A stretch of DNA of 64,000 nt from Octopus vulgaris. Its lineage: Eukaryota. The notes beneath the pieces were generated by a model that had not been told where the DNA came from, did no database searches, and was given only the letters and a program-made list of their open reading frames with translations. Of this stretch, positions 1 to 13,757 are shown piece by piece (the stretch's first letter is position 1; each line of letters opens with the position of its first letter). Location: contig OX597819.1 in assembly GCA_951406725.2 (NCBI GenBank), forward strand, positions 15,562,001 to 15,626,000, in the 5' to 3' direction. The position numbers were made by a program, and so were the translations under genes.

Positions 1-856
1 GACTTTTATTTATGCTGGATGGTATAATGCTTACTTTTTCTGTATAAATTTACTAAAACCATTAAATGGTTAACTATTTTTTGAAGTCTAACATTCATGC
101 TGGTAAACACGGTCTGGACCATATTTTACATTGCTTGGAGTTTCTACCTATCACAATAGAGCATATATTTAATTTTTCTTTCACAGTAAACGATTCATAA
201 GTTCTCCCCATACTGACAATAATGGTAATGACAAATTTTAAAGTTTGCTTGACATTTTATAAGTGTGAAAGGGATTAAAATTGCGATACTCCGTATCAAA
301 GGTTCTGACAAGAATAGGCAGAAAAAAATTCTGTTTACATAATCAACTTGATCAGTCACTTTCCTCTGTCGGTTGAGTAAAGTGTCATCCAAGCTGATGT
401 TTCTTGGTAATTAAACTTAATTTGCAACACTTGTGCATATTTATCATCTTTGTTTTTGTTGGTAATTCTCGTCAACATCTTTTCCTGTGATTTGAAAAGA
501 CATACAGCAGTATGCTAAAGATTGAACATAATCTCTTGTGGGCAAGAAACGTAAAATAAAGTTTATTATAAACAACACAAACAGATTGTAATTTAATAGC
601 TTTTAATGTGATACCTGTTAAACAGAAATTATTTGTATTTAATGAAAAGTTAATAAAATCTAATCAGAAGTAAGTAAAATTATGCTAAATACAACTAAAT
701 TGAAAACCTTTTTCCCCTGGCTATATCGGCAATTCTCAAAACTTTTAGGTACGAATTTTACATAAGTAGAAGCTTTTTGTTTTTAACAAATTTTATCCTG
801 TAAATCACCTGCATAAGTTACACAGGTGCACAAATTATAAGGGCTTTTACAGTGTA

Positions 857-915
<59 letters not shown>

Positions 916-2198
916 ATACACACATGTCATGTTAAGGTCATCTCTACAGATTTTCCATAGAAATTATAGTCAGCATTGATTTGGTTACAATGTTTCATAT
1001 CCAAGACGCCAGATGTAAACAAACAAGGAGATCAAAGATGAAAAATGGGTAATGAGCATATATGCTATATTTCAGAACATTTTTGCTCCATCTGCACCCA
1101 TCCAACCCATTATCCCTTTTATTACCATATTTCTGTTGAGATGCTCTGTGTTTCTTTCAATTAATTTTAAATATAACAAAGAATTTAGTAAAATAACTTG
1201 GTTATCATTAAGCGAGTATTAGGAACATAAATTATGACTAAGGTTTGGTGGAAGATTTTAATTCAGAACTTATGAAAACAAGACATTTCTACTACAGAGC
1301 CAGAGCCAGTTTCAGCCGGGTTGGTATTGAAAGGGTTAAGAATTGCTTGTCTATTATATATTTTAACCCTTTTGTTACCATATTTCTGTTGAGATGCTCT
1401 GTGTTTCTTTCAATTGATTTTAAATATAACAAAGAATTTAGTAAAATAACTTGGTTATCATTCAACTAGTGTTAGGAACATAAATTGTGACTAAGGTTTG
1501 GTAGAAGATTTTAATTGAAAACTTACAAAAACAAGATATTTGTACTACAGAGCCCAGGTGTGGTTTCAGCCAGGTTCTTAAATAGCAATGTGTAAATTGG
1601 TATACCCAATAATGTTACACTGCTATATGTAGTGGCTATTTAAGCAACGAGTTTGTAGATGATTAATGGGTTTTATATGGGTGTTGGTGAAGGAGCAAAA
1701 CTCCCAGAATATGGCATATATGTCTATTATCCATTTTCCATGAAATATCATCATCGTTTAACGTCCACTAACAAAAATCAGTGCTGGCTATAATTTCTGT
1801 AGCGATGACCTTAACAAGTGATTTAAGAGCACTGCTAACACAGCAGAACATGGTATTGACTTATAAAAACATTTAATATACTTTATAGAATATTATAGTT
1901 GCATAACGAAGCCCAATGTCCTTACAAGTCATTAGTATATATATATGCACACACACACTTTCTTACCTCTTATTCTCTCTCTCTCTCTCTCTCTTCACCA
2001 CCCCAATCTCTTCATCATACTCTTCCTTTTCACCTCTCTCTCTCTCTCTCTCTCATATCAGTTACTTTCACTTTTGCCCCACACACTCTCCTCCACTCCC
2101 CTCTCTCCACAACATTCGCTCCCCTGCCTCATTCCCTCCAACCACACAGCTGCCTCCACCTCCTCCTCCTCCTCTTCCTTCTCCACCACTGCTACTTA

Positions 2199-2342
<144 letters not shown>

Positions 2343-2669
2343 TCAGGAAAATATAACCAAAACAATCATAGAACAATTACCCACATACATATATATACAT
2401 CATTGCTTTGTTCAGATTTTCCATGCTGGCATGGGTTGGACAAGACCTACTGAAACAGTACTCTACAGCTGGATGTTTTTGCTGTTGATGGTGACTATAA
2501 ATAACATTGGTTGATTCTACAAAGATTCATGTTTGGTCGGCCTGAGGCTGTAGTAGAAGACACATACCCAAGGTACCATGCAGTGGAACTGAACCTGGAA
2601 CCATGTGGTTAGGAAGGAAGCTTTTGACCACACAGCCACGCTGCGCCTACGCAACTATTTTTATGCTCA

Positions 2670-3017
<348 letters not shown>

Positions 3018-3044
3018 TTAGGATATTAAACCCTTCCTGTAGGA

Positions 3045-3344
3045 CAGTGTTTCTAAAACTATCTGATGTGGCATACTGGCATTTTTTTTTTTTTTTCTAA
3101 ATTGCCAAAGACCAGTAATATTTCTTAGTAATATTAATTTATACCGGAAACAATATATATAATGAATATAATTAAAGTTGACAATTTTTTTTTATCGTAT
3201 ATTTATTTTGTAGACAAATAATAGAATATTATAAATAATAGAATATGATAATGTTTTTTTGTTTTCTGGAAACTTGCAGCGTACCAGCAGCTGAAGGCTT
3301 GTAGACTGGTGCCAGTCTGTGGACCACCACTTTGAGGAGCACTG
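3045..3344. mobile_element. hAT (Charlie-like) MITE
   Basis: Imperfect TIRs CAGTGTTTCTAAAA / TTTGAGGAGCACTG; imperfect 8-bp flanks CTGTAGGA / CTATAGGC. Confidence 0.65.
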
Positions 3345-3815
3345 CTATAGGCAACCCTCACCTGAAAACAGGTGAGAGATTTTATATAGATCGATTGATC
3401 CCAATGTGAACAAGAAATGTCAACATTGCCACAACTTCACTCAAATGGTGATGAGCAAGGTCCTTGCAAAAAAATGCACAAACACACACATACATACATA
3501 CACATATACAAACAATGGGCTTTTTTCCAGTTTCCACTGCCCTATTTCATTTTCACTCACAAGCTATTTGGGTCAACTCGCAGCTGTAGTAGATGACATC
3601 AGCCAACATCATCCACACAGTGGGACTGAACCCTAACTACATGGTTCTGAAGCGAACTGTCTGCCTACACACACACACACACACACACGCAACGGTACTC
3701 AGTAGTTCACTGATTAAGCATTTCTATCAGGACAGCAATTTTTAAGAAAAAACCAATAATGCTGTTCCGCAATTACTAAACAATTAGAAAGAGAGAGAGA
3801 GGAGGGGGCACCTAC

Positions 3816-3993
3816 CTTACAAAACAGGATTGATATGACGAAGTAGTCCAAAAGGAATGTCTCTGAGGCTGCCTTGTAGTCATATTTGAAGAAGAGAACG
3901 GTGAATGCCAAGATCATATGCTGCTTGAGTGTGTCGGAGAAAGCAAATCTTAGCAGTTTCAGGCCACACACCACCACAATCACAGAACCAAAA
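3816..3993 (-). CDS. pcnx: Pecanex exon (178 nt, phase 2-0)
   Basis: TTTCCAG|T acceptor, AAG|GTAGGT donor; FGSVIVVVCGLKLLRFAFS...SETFLLDYFVISILFCK. Confidence 0.96.
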
Positions 3994-4119
3994 CTGGAAA
4001 TATTGAAAACATTGCATATTAAGGCACTGTTTGGATGCACATCAATGCTGCTGCGTCTAACAGAATGAAACAAACATACGACTCATGCAAACACAGTAAA
4101 AAAGACAAATATCCATTAT

Positions 4120-4790
4120 GATCGCCTCGACTGGCTTCTGTGCCAGTAGCACATAAAAAAGCACAATCCGAACGTGGCCGATGCCAGTGCCACCTTGACT
4201 GGCTTCCGTGCCGGTGGCACATAAAAAGCACCATCCGAACGTGGCCGATGCCAGCACCGCCTTGACTGGCTTTTGTGCCGGTGGCACATAAAAAGCACCA
4301 TCCGAATGTGGCCGATACCAGCGCTGCCTTGACTGGCTTTTGTGCCGGTGGCACATAAAAAGCACCATCCGAATGTGGCCGATGCCAGCACCGCCTTGAC
4401 TGGCTTCCGTGCCAGTGGCACATAAAAAGCACCATCCGAACGTGGCCGATGCCAGCACCACCTCGAGTGGCTTTTGTGCCGGTGGCACATAAAAAGCACC
4501 ATCCGAACGTGGCTGATACCAGCGCTGCCTTGACTGGCTTCCATGCTGGTGGCACGTTAAAAGCACCAACCGATCATGGCCGATGCCAGACTCTCCTGGC
4601 ACGTAAAAAGCACCCACTATACTCACGGAGTGGTTGGCGTTAGGAAGGGCATCCAGCTGTAGAAACACTGCCAGATCAGACTGGAGCCTGGTGCAGCCCC
4701 TGGCTTCCCAGACCCCGGTTGAACCGTCCAACACATGCTAGCGCGGAAAACGGACGTTAAACAATGATGATGATGATCATCATCATCCTC
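4120..4790 (+). mobile_element. RTE-tail element with internal 67-bp tandem array (about 7 units) and (GAT)n tail
   Basis: GGCACATAAAAAGCACCATCCGAA recurs every 67 bp, followed by GGTTGGCGTTAGGAAGGGCATCCAGCTGTAGAAAC...GGACGTTAAAC(GAT)n. Related copies at about 5640-5950, 5982-6317(-), 7866-8055(-), 12180-12520, 22823-23000(-), 26130-26400, 28876-29105(-), 41060-41390, 41845-42260 and 45965-46190. Confidence 0.85.
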
Positions 4791-5144
4791 ATTTAACATC
4801 CATGTCTCATGCCAATATGAATCATGGACAGTTTGACAGGTTCTGATGGGTCCAAGAAGTGAATTGTGTCCCAGTGTCTGCTTATGACTGGGTGCCTCTC
4901 CTTAACAATGATGCCCTTCTAAATGTCACTTATTCATTCATTTTTACATCTATTTTCCCATTCTCACCTAGGCACCACTCAACTGCTTCAGCCCGTTTCT
5001 ATCACCAACTCTTACATCCTTTTACAAATAAGGAATCTGTTTATTTCACTGGGCTTCAAAAGTGCAGATCAACCATTGATTGCAATTTCATCACCATTTC
5101 ACACAGACATTAACAAAGCAACAACACAGAATGTTAACATTCAT

Positions 5145-5190
<46 letters not shown>

Positions 5191-6314
5191 CTATTTTTCT
5201 CATGCTGTTCATTTTTCTCATGCTGTTGCAATAAGGTTCAAACATACAATATTACAAAATACAAATAGCTAACCAAGGATCCCCTAAAAGGTCAATTAAT
5301 CTGCTAGAATTAGCAGCCAAAATCCTTTAAATTATATCCTGCTGAGCTTAGTGTCTTAAATAAAAGACACAAGGAATAATATGGTCCTAGTTGTACAAAA
5401 AGACAGGTTGGTCATGACTGGGATGCCTTTGATCATAGGTCTATTTAATCAGGGCTGATGTGAACTTAAATAATAGTAATAATATAAAGCAACTGGGCTA
5501 GCTTTAACTTCTCTATTATCCTCTACCTTCTACCTCCTCTACAGCAACTTGTTTCTGTCTCTCTGTCTCACTATACCCTTTCATCACCTGACACAAGATC
5601 ACCTCCTCCAATGCCCCCTTCCCTCTCAAAAGAGTTTTTTTTTGTCTTGCAAGTACTTGGTGACCCTGTCAGTGCAGGTGCCACTTAAAAGCACCCAGTC
5701 CACATTGTAAAGTGGTTGGTGTTTGGAAGGGCATCCAGCTATAAAAACCTTGCCAAAAGTGACCTCCCCTGTGCTTGTGCCACGTAAAAAGCACTAAATC
5801 CACTCTGCTGAATGGTTGGTGTTAAAAAGGGCATCCAGCAGTAAAAATCCTGCCAAAAGAGTTACAGAAGTCTGGTACAGGCTTCTGCCTGGCTGGCTCT
5901 CAGCAAACCATCCCACCTATGCCAGCATGGAAGCTGGACATTAAACAATGATTTTATCTCTCTCTCTATATATATATATATCATCATCATCATCATCATC
6001 ATCGTTTAGCGTCCGCTTTCCATGCTAGCATGGGTTGGACGGGTCAACTGGGGTCTGTGAAGCTGGAAGGCTTCGTCAGGCCCAGTCAGATCTGGCAGTG
6101 TTTCTACGGCTGGATGCCCTTCCTAACGCCAACCACTCCGCGAGTGTAGTGGGTGTTTTTTACGTGCCACCTGCACAGGTGCCAGACAGAGCTGGCGAAC
6201 GGCCACGAACGGATGGTGCTTTTACGTGTCACCGGCACGGGGCCAGGCGATGCTGGCAACGGACACGAACGGATGGTGCTTTTACGTGCCACCGACACGG
6301 GGCCAGACAGAGCT

Positions 6315-6362
<48 letters not shown>

Positions 6363-6373
6363 TAGATAGATAG

Positions 6374-6724
6374 ATAGGTGCAGGAGTGGCTGTGTGGTAA
6401 ATAGTTTGCTTACCAACCACATAGTCCTGGGTTCAGTCCTACTGTGTGGCACTTTGGGCTAGAGTCTTCTACTATAGCCTCAGGCAAACCAAAGTCATGT
6501 GAGTGGATTTGGTAGACGGAAACTGAGAGAAGCCCGTCGTATGTATATGCTTGTGTATATGTTTGTGTCTCTGTGTTTGTCCCCTCACCATCACTTGACA
6601 ACCGACCAAGTGACCAATACAATAAGTACTGGGCTTACAAAGAATAAGCTCTGGGGATCAATTTGCTCGACTAAAGGCGGGGCTCCAGCATGGCCGCAGT
6701 CACATGACTGAAACAAGTAAAAGA
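6374..6724 (+). mobile_element. tRNA-derived SINE family 1
   Basis: Head GCAGGAGTGGCTGTGTGGTAAG...GGTTCAGTCC (A/B-box-like), internal microsatellite, tail GACTGAAACAAGTAAAAGAG; multiple copies in window. Confidence 0.85.
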
Positions 6725-7012
6725 ACATTATATATATATAAACATACATACTCACACACACACGACAGGCTTCTTTTAGTTTCCATCTACCAAATCCACC
6801 CTCAAAGCTTTGGTCAGTCTGAGGCTATAGTAGAAGATACTTATTCCAGATGCCATGCAAGGGATTGAACCTGAATTCATGTGCTTGGAAAGTAAATTTG
6901 TTAACCCCAGAGCCATACCCGCACCTAGAACCTCCAACCAAATACAATCAGGTACCTGGTCTTCAGCTGCAACACATTTTACATCCTAAAAACAACAACA
7001 ACCGTCACTTAC

Positions 7013-7148
7013 TAGAGTCCAAACTTCTTCACTAAAAGAGGCGCAGACAGTGTTAAGGCACAAAGAAAGACAACTGGGTAGACAATGTTCCGTTCCACAA
7101 AGCGTAACCATATATAGAGCTTCTCGAAACACATGATTGGTGCAGGAT
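7013..7148 (-). CDS. pcnx: Pecanex exon (136 nt, phase 1-2)
   Basis: TTTTGCAG|AT acceptor, TA|GTAAGT donor; DPAPIMCFEKLYIWLRFVERNIVYPVVFLCALT...KFGL. Confidence 0.95.
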
Positions 7149-7254
7149 CTGCAAAAGAGAGATATAAAAGGGAGCTGTTACAACGACAAGGTATTATAAT
7201 GGGAGCACAAGGTGTGTGATTACAGAACTGGAAGTTATGAATGGGATCTGTGTG

Positions 7255-7645
7255 GGAGAGAAAGAGAGAGCGAGGACAGAGAAAGAGATAGGACAGGGAG
7301 AGAGAGAGGGGACAGAGAGAGAGAGGGGACAGAGAGAGAGAGAGAGAGGACAGAAAGAGAGAGGGCAGAGAGAGAGAAGAGAGAGGACAGAAAGAGAGAG
7401 AGGGGACAGAGAGAGAGAGAGAGGGGACAGAGAGAGAGAGGACAGGTAGAGATGACAGAAAGAGAGACAGAGGACAGAGAGAGAGAGGAAAGAGAGAGAA
7501 GAGAGGACAGAGAGAGAGAGGAAAGAGAGAGAAGAGAGGACAGAGAGAGAGAGGACAGAGAGAGAGGACAGAGAGAGAGAGAGAGAGGAAAGAGAGAGAG
7601 GACAAAGAGAGAAGACAAAGAGAGAGAGGAGACAGACAGACAGAC
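7255..7645. repeat. Polypurine (GA/GACA) tract, about 390 bp
   Basis: Almost exclusively G/A on + with periodic GGACAG. Confidence 0.95.
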
Positions 7646-7835
7646 ATATGATGGCAGTTGTTGTGGGAAGGAAGAGAAAAGGAATGCAACAGGTAAGTTG
7701 CATTTTATGGAGGAGATGGCAAAGGACCATAGAAATTGCCAACACACTGCACAAAACAAGACCTGCCCTCACATCGAGGAATGGTGAAACAGATGTTAAA
7801 ATTTGTGTGTATGTGTGTGTGTGAGGTGTGTATGG

Positions 7836-7867
<32 letters not shown>

Positions 7868-8448
7868 CATCATCATCATCATCTAAAGTCTATTTCCCAT
7901 ACTTGTATGGGTTGGGCAATTTGAGAGGAGTCGGCAAGCCAGAAGATTACACCAGACTCTACTGTGTGTTTTGTCATGGTTTCCACAACTGGATACCCTT
8001 CCTAATGTCAACCACTTCACAGAATGTACTGGGTGCTTTTTACGTGGCACCAGCAGCAGTGGACCCCTCAACAGTGGAGAGTAGTATTGAAGGACAGAAG
8101 AGAACGGGGGCTTCCTCAGAAGAGAAAAAGATGTGACAGAGATGAGGTTGGGGGGCCATACACTCAAGTTACAGTGAGGTGTGTATATAGGGGATTGGAC
8201 CAGGAATTGGAGAGGGTGACTGAGTTCACAAGATTTTGAAAGGAGAGTGGGAGCTAACAGGGGCATATTGTGTGCAGGTAGGTAGGTAGGTGGCAATTGA
8301 GGGACAATAGAGAGGAGTGGAGAGAAACGTCAGTGGGGAGCACAAGTGGGTTGTGAGAGAGGGATGAGGGTCATGGATGTGGATTTTACTTTGCTGGGCA
8401 GGTCTTCTCATCTTCTCAAGCACAGAATATCATCATGTATGAAAAAGA

Positions 8449-8493
<45 letters not shown>

Positions 8494-8784
8494 ACCTCTG
8501 CATAAACCTCAAAAGGAAGAAAAAAAGAGATTCTGTAATATGACATGACCTGTTAGAAATAGCAGTCAAAATACCTTCAAATCACATCTTAAAAATGAAG
8601 GACACATTGAAATGTCTTACAAATACTGTGTTCAAATGAAAGATGGGATGGTCATGGCTGTAACACCCTTGATCATGTTTGCTTGCTCAGGGCAGACCTG
8701 GGGCTAAACAACAACAATAAAAAATAAACAAAAAGAAAAAGAATAAAAATGGTAAATGTGAGAAAATGGAGAAAACTGTCTTAC

Positions 8785-8935
8785 CATCTGACTCCATGTG
8801 TTTTCCCTCATAGCTGGGTAGGATAGGGGTATAGCAGCACAGCCAGGGCATCTCTTTCCGCATCTGCGGGATTATGTAGTGAATGATGAAACCAAGAGAG
8901 GCAGCCAAGTAGCAGAGGACGTCACTGAGGTAGGG
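8785..8935 (-). CDS. pcnx: Pecanex exon (151 nt, phase 0-1)
   Basis: (TC)n-CACAG|CCC acceptor, G|GTAAGA donor; PYLSDVLCYLAASLGFIIHYIIPQMRKEMPWLCC... Confidence 0.95.
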
Positions 8936-9103
8936 CTGTGGAGAGAGAGAGAGAGAGAGAGAGAGGGTATTAGTGAGGGAAGGGCTCAAACTTCATACCA
9001 CTACCATCACTGAGAAGAGGATGGGGTGAAAGGAAGAGGGAGGTTCATGCTACACAGGGTGTTCTGGGTTTTCATTTAAAATAATTAAAGCATTTTATTT
9101 TAT

Positions 9104-9523
9104 TCTCTCTTTTACTCTTTTACTTGTTTCAGTCATGTGACTGCGGCCATGCTGGAGCACCGCCTTTAGTCGATCAAATCGACCCCAGGTCTTATTCTTT
9201 GTAAGCCTAGTACTTATTCTATCGGTCTCTTTTTGCCGAACCGCTAGGTTACGGAGACGTAAACACACCAGCATCGGTTGTCAAGCGATGTTGGGGGGAC
9301 AAACACAGACACACAAACACGCACACACATACACACACACACATATATACATATATACAACAGGCTTCTTTCAGTTTCCGTCTACCAAATCCACTCACAA
9401 GGCTTTGGTCAGCCCAAGGCTATAGTAGAAGACACTCACCCAAGGTGCCACGCAGTGGGACTGAACCCGGAACCATGTGGTTGGTAAGCAAGCTACTTAC
9501 CACACTGCCACTCCTGCGCCTAT
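9104..9523 (-). mobile_element. tRNA-derived SINE family 1, full length
   Basis: Reverse complement of the 10432-10847 copy; a 3'-half copy on + follows at about 9640-9790. Confidence 0.9.
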
Positions 9524-10256
9524 TATATATTTTCGGCATGTTTTATTGTAGAGGGTGCTCAATTTGAGCATTTGTTACAATTTATTTCAATAAAGTGTTT
9601 TTGAAATCAATAAGGGTGTATTTTTTAAAAAGAAACAGGGTAACTTAGCGGTTCGGCAAAAGAGACCGATAGAATAAGTACTAGGCTTACAAAGAATAAG
9701 TCCTGGGGTCGATTTGCTCGACTAAAGGCGGTGCCCCAGCATGGCCTCAGTCAAATGACTGAAACAAGTAAAAGGGTAAAAGGGTAAAGGGTGTGCAACT
9801 TCTGGGATACCCTGTATATATCAATCCCCCTCATCACCACCACCACCTTCAAAACAGAGCTGTAAAGGTGGGGAGAGGGAGAGGTGCATGTTCGAGAGGG
9901 TGGTTCATACCTCATATTATTACAGTTATGTGGTTATGTAGATAGTGAAGAGAGTTAGAGGGAGGAGCCATGGCACCACCATCTACCTGTAGATATGAAC
10001 TACATGGAGTGAGAGAGGAGGGGAGAGAGAGAGAGAGAGAAATTGACCTCGTCAAGCTAACCTACATACCTTACATATACACAACTTAAAGAAGAGTGGG
10101 CTCCACCAAGTTGATCTCCTTACTTCAAGGTATACACTACAGAGAGAGAGAGATTCCAGCATAGTGACCTACCCATTCTAGACATACTTTAGATGTAACG
10201 AAGAGGTGTGGAGGGAGTGGTGTGCCGGTGATGTGGAGGTATGAAGCAAAACTTAC

Positions 10257-10355
10257 CTGTAACACAGGGCTGTTAAATACAGTGCTGACATGGACAGCAA
10301 ACATGATGACTGCAAACAGGATACACACAAGTAGATCAGACTGCAGTCGGTCACT
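10257..10355 (-). CDS. pcnx: Pecanex exon (99 nt, phase 0-0)
   Basis: TTTGTCAG|AGT acceptor, CAG|GTAAGT donor; SDRLQSDLLVCILFAVIMFAVHVSTVFNSPVLQ. Confidence 0.95.
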
Positions 10356-10431
10356 CTGACAAAGAAAAAGAAAGAAGAACATATCAAATCATATCATAGG
10401 CACAGGAAAGAAGAACATATCAAAACATATC

Positions 10432-10604
10432 ATAGGCGCAGGAGTGGCTGTGTGGTAAGTAGCTTGCTTACCAACCACATGGTTCCGGGTTCAGTCCCAC
10501 TGCGTGGCATCTTGGGCAAGTGTCTTCTGCTATAGCCCCGGGCCGACCAATGCCTTGTGAGTGGATTTGGTAGATAGAAACTGAAAGAAGCCTGTCGTAT
10601 ATAT

Positions 10605-10644
<40 letters not shown>

Positions 10645-10847
10645 TTGTGTTTGTCCCCCTAGCATTGCTTGACAACCGATGCTGGTGTGTTTACGTCCCG
10701 TCACTTAGCGGTTCGGCAAAAGAGACCGATAGAATAAGTACTGGGCTTACAAAAAAGTAAGTCCCGGGGTCGATTTGCTCGACTAAAGGCGGTGCTCCAG
10801 CATGGCCGCAGTCAAATGACTGAAACAAGTAAAAGAGTAAAGAGTAA
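10432..10847 (+). mobile_element. tRNA-derived SINE family 1, full length
   Basis: ATAGGCGCAGGAGTGGCTGTGTGGTAAG...GGTTCAGTCCC...AAGAGTAAAGAGTAA. Confidence 0.9.
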
Positions 10848-10984
10848 ATACAACAATAAAAACAATGACCATACTAACAGAAAATGCTTAATTACTTTAT
10901 TTATATATATTTTTTTTTATTAATGTATTTATTCTAGATTATTATGGTAGGAATCAGGTTGGGTGAGGCTCTTCATAAATAGAC

Positions 10985-11206
10985 AATTTACTTGTACTTG
11001 TGACGGCGTTCACTCGGGGCAAGCGAGTTGAGCCGGCTTCTTCTCTGGTCCTGACGGCATCACGAACCATGGCGGTCCACACTCGACGGTCCTGTGCGAG
11101 GTCACTGGAAATAGTGAGCCATTCGCGGTTCCATCTGCGCAGACCGACCACCTGCAGACCTGAGAGTTCGGAGAGGTCCTCCTTTATCGTCGTTGCCCAG
11201 GTCTTA
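10985..11206 (-). mobile_element. 3' end of a second RTE-like LINE family
   Basis: KTWATTIKEDL...LAQDRRVWTAMVRD matches RTE ORF2 C-termini (KTW...AQDRxxW); short ACAAGT-repeat tail. Confidence 0.8.
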
Positions 11207-12583
11207 AAGAGTGGGCAATTTACATACAGCTGAGGCAAGTACCACAAACGGGGAAAATAGTGCCATAGATGAGACAAATAGTGTTACAGATGGGGCAATT
11301 AGTGTCACATCTGGGGCAAATTGGGCCACGGCTGGACAGTTCTGACCACAGATAAATATTCAAATATGGTGAGAGAGCAGTGGAACCTGATACCAGTCAG
11401 GCAGACTGGACAAGAATGTCATGTGCACCTCTGACAAGAGGCACAATATTGTGACTAATATAATTTAAACTCACAACACTTAAAACTAATTTCTCAAACA
11501 TCGGTAAAGAATGGAACCTGCAGTAAGCCAGACAGACTGAGACAAGCAGTCAAAGGCAGAAGGAGCATGGCTTGAGCCAATAACAATCAAGTCACTGATT
11601 TAAGATATGTAAACATCTTCAGCAGCCCTAAAGACACTCAATAGCTTCAGTCTCTCTCTCTTGAGAGATGCCAAGTCACAAAAGCTACAAACCCCTTTTA
11701 TTTTTGACATTTTTTTTTTCATTATTATTACTAAGTCACAAGGAAGGTGCAGCACAACCTTTGCAGAAGCTCCAAATTCAATAACATTGATACCATTAAA
11801 TGGTCTACATAAACTGTTTCCATGACAACAATAATTGAAAAGACATATGTGTGTAAGGGAAAGAATTCAGGAAGAATGACGCTCAAGGAAGAAAGGTATG
11901 GAAGGTGGGGAGGGGAAGAATAGGATGATGACAGGAAGCGAGAGATAAGGGAACTAAAAGTAGCTGAGTAGAGGCCATGGAAGACAAGCCAGCTCTAAAG
12001 AGCAGGGGCCATTATAGAAACAAAGGGAAAAGCAGAGAGAGAGGAGATAGGACATTGTCTGTGGGCCACAGGCAGGAATATGATTGTGGGTGACTTTAGG
12101 CCAATCAGTTGAGTGGCTTTTATTTAGATACAAACTGAGTGCATAATCATATGTACACTTATCATTTAGAAATACACAGATGCGTCGAGTGATATGATAT
12201 GCTTGAGAAGACCTGTTGAGTCAAATAAAACCAATATCATAGCTGTGGCCTGTGCCCCCTGACTGGCACTTGTGCCGGTGGCATGTAAAAAGCACCATCC
12301 GAAAGAGATTGATGCCAGGCCTGCCTGACAGGCTCCTGTGTCAGTGTCACAAAAAGCACCCACTACACTCTCGGAGTGGTTGGTGTTAGGAAGGGCATCC
12401 AGCTGTAGAAACTCTACCAGATCAAGATTGAAACCTGGTGCAACCACTGGCTCTCCAGACCTCAGTTAAACCGTCCAACCCATGCCAGCATGGAAAGCAG
12501 ATGTTAAACGATGATGATTATGAAGAGACATGCACACACACACACACACACACACGTAAAAAGAGAAAGAAAGAAAGACTTAC

Positions 12584-12689
12584 GACACATTTCTTGAGTT
12601 TGTCAGGTAAGGGGTCAATTAGTTCATTCTCTCCTGGTTCCTTAGTTTGGCTGGACTTTTTACCACAAATCATATCTTTTATAAGAGAA
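12584..12689 (-). CDS. pcnx: Pecanex exon (106 nt, phase 2-0)
   Basis: TTGCAG|T acceptor, GTC|GTAAGT donor; SLIKDMICGKKSSQTKEPGENELIDPLPDKLKKCV (DPLPxKL motif). Confidence 0.94.
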
Positions 12690-13757
12690 CTGCAACGTGA
12701 ACAGAACAGCTTTTGTTAGATTTAGTTAATCTCACTGTCAGCATGTGTGTGCACACACGTGCAAATATGTGTGAGATGTATTTAAGTATGTATATATATA
12801 CATGCACACAAGCATAAACACATCCGCACATATAACCCCATGGCATAATGACAACCAGCCAGTTCAGTGATGACCATTTTAAAGTAAGACTAAATATACC
12901 TGAAACATTATCATTTTACAAACCTTTATTTGTTTGTGGAACTACATGTGTGCGTATTTGCATATTTATTAACCAAACTGTGTGTGTGTGTGTCCACTGA
13001 CAAGTACACAAATCTAGAAAATAGTGCACCAACTGACCATATGCACTCACCCATACATACACATTTCTTTAGAGAAATACAAATTGCCACACACACACAC
13101 ACACACACACATATATTCACAAAGTAATTTGTCAAAAAAAATAATTCCTTGAAGAATAGATAAAAATACACCCTTATTTTTCCAAATAAACACCAATTTA
13201 GGAAAACAGTTTATAAACAAACATTGGTGTTGCAAATATCCACCCAGCTGAATAAAAATCCATTTTATGCAACAGATGTATACTGTTTTTAATCACAGCA
13301 CATTTATAAGATAGATTATCTCCGGACAAATACCAGAGTAAATTTACCTTTCACCGCCGATGTATTCACATTAAGACACGGATGGCTATTTTAATCTAAT
13401 ACTGCTTCTGAGATGGCTTAAGTCAGTTCTGGCTGAATATAGCTTTTTTTGGGGTTTTTTTCCCCATTGCATTATCAGAAATGAGAAATATGTCATTCCT
13501 CTATATCTCTACCACCACCACCACCTCCTCCTCATGTGTCACTTATTTCTTTAAATTCATGTACAGCTGAGAGATCCCACAACTTGCATGTCTTCCTTCC
13601 ACAGATTGTCATGTATCTGTGTTTAGCTGATACTTAGTATGCACACACATCTATATTAGCACAAGCACATTGCATATGCATACACACATACACCGCACCA
13701 TACACTACATGGAGACACACAGACACACAAAGTAAAGAAAGACATGGTGAAACTTAC

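Noticed and set aside
195-560. Possible transposase or coding remnant at window start
   Set aside because: No recognisable motif, and it does not encode the expected next pecanex exon (TKRVDHSN...).
4019-4734. Overlapping 140-225 aa repetitive ORFs
   Set aside because: They arise from the 67-bp tandem array; no protein family is recognisable.
7194-7787. E/R-rich and L/S-rich ORFs
   Set aside because: Products of the GA tract; only 7013-7148 is a real exon.
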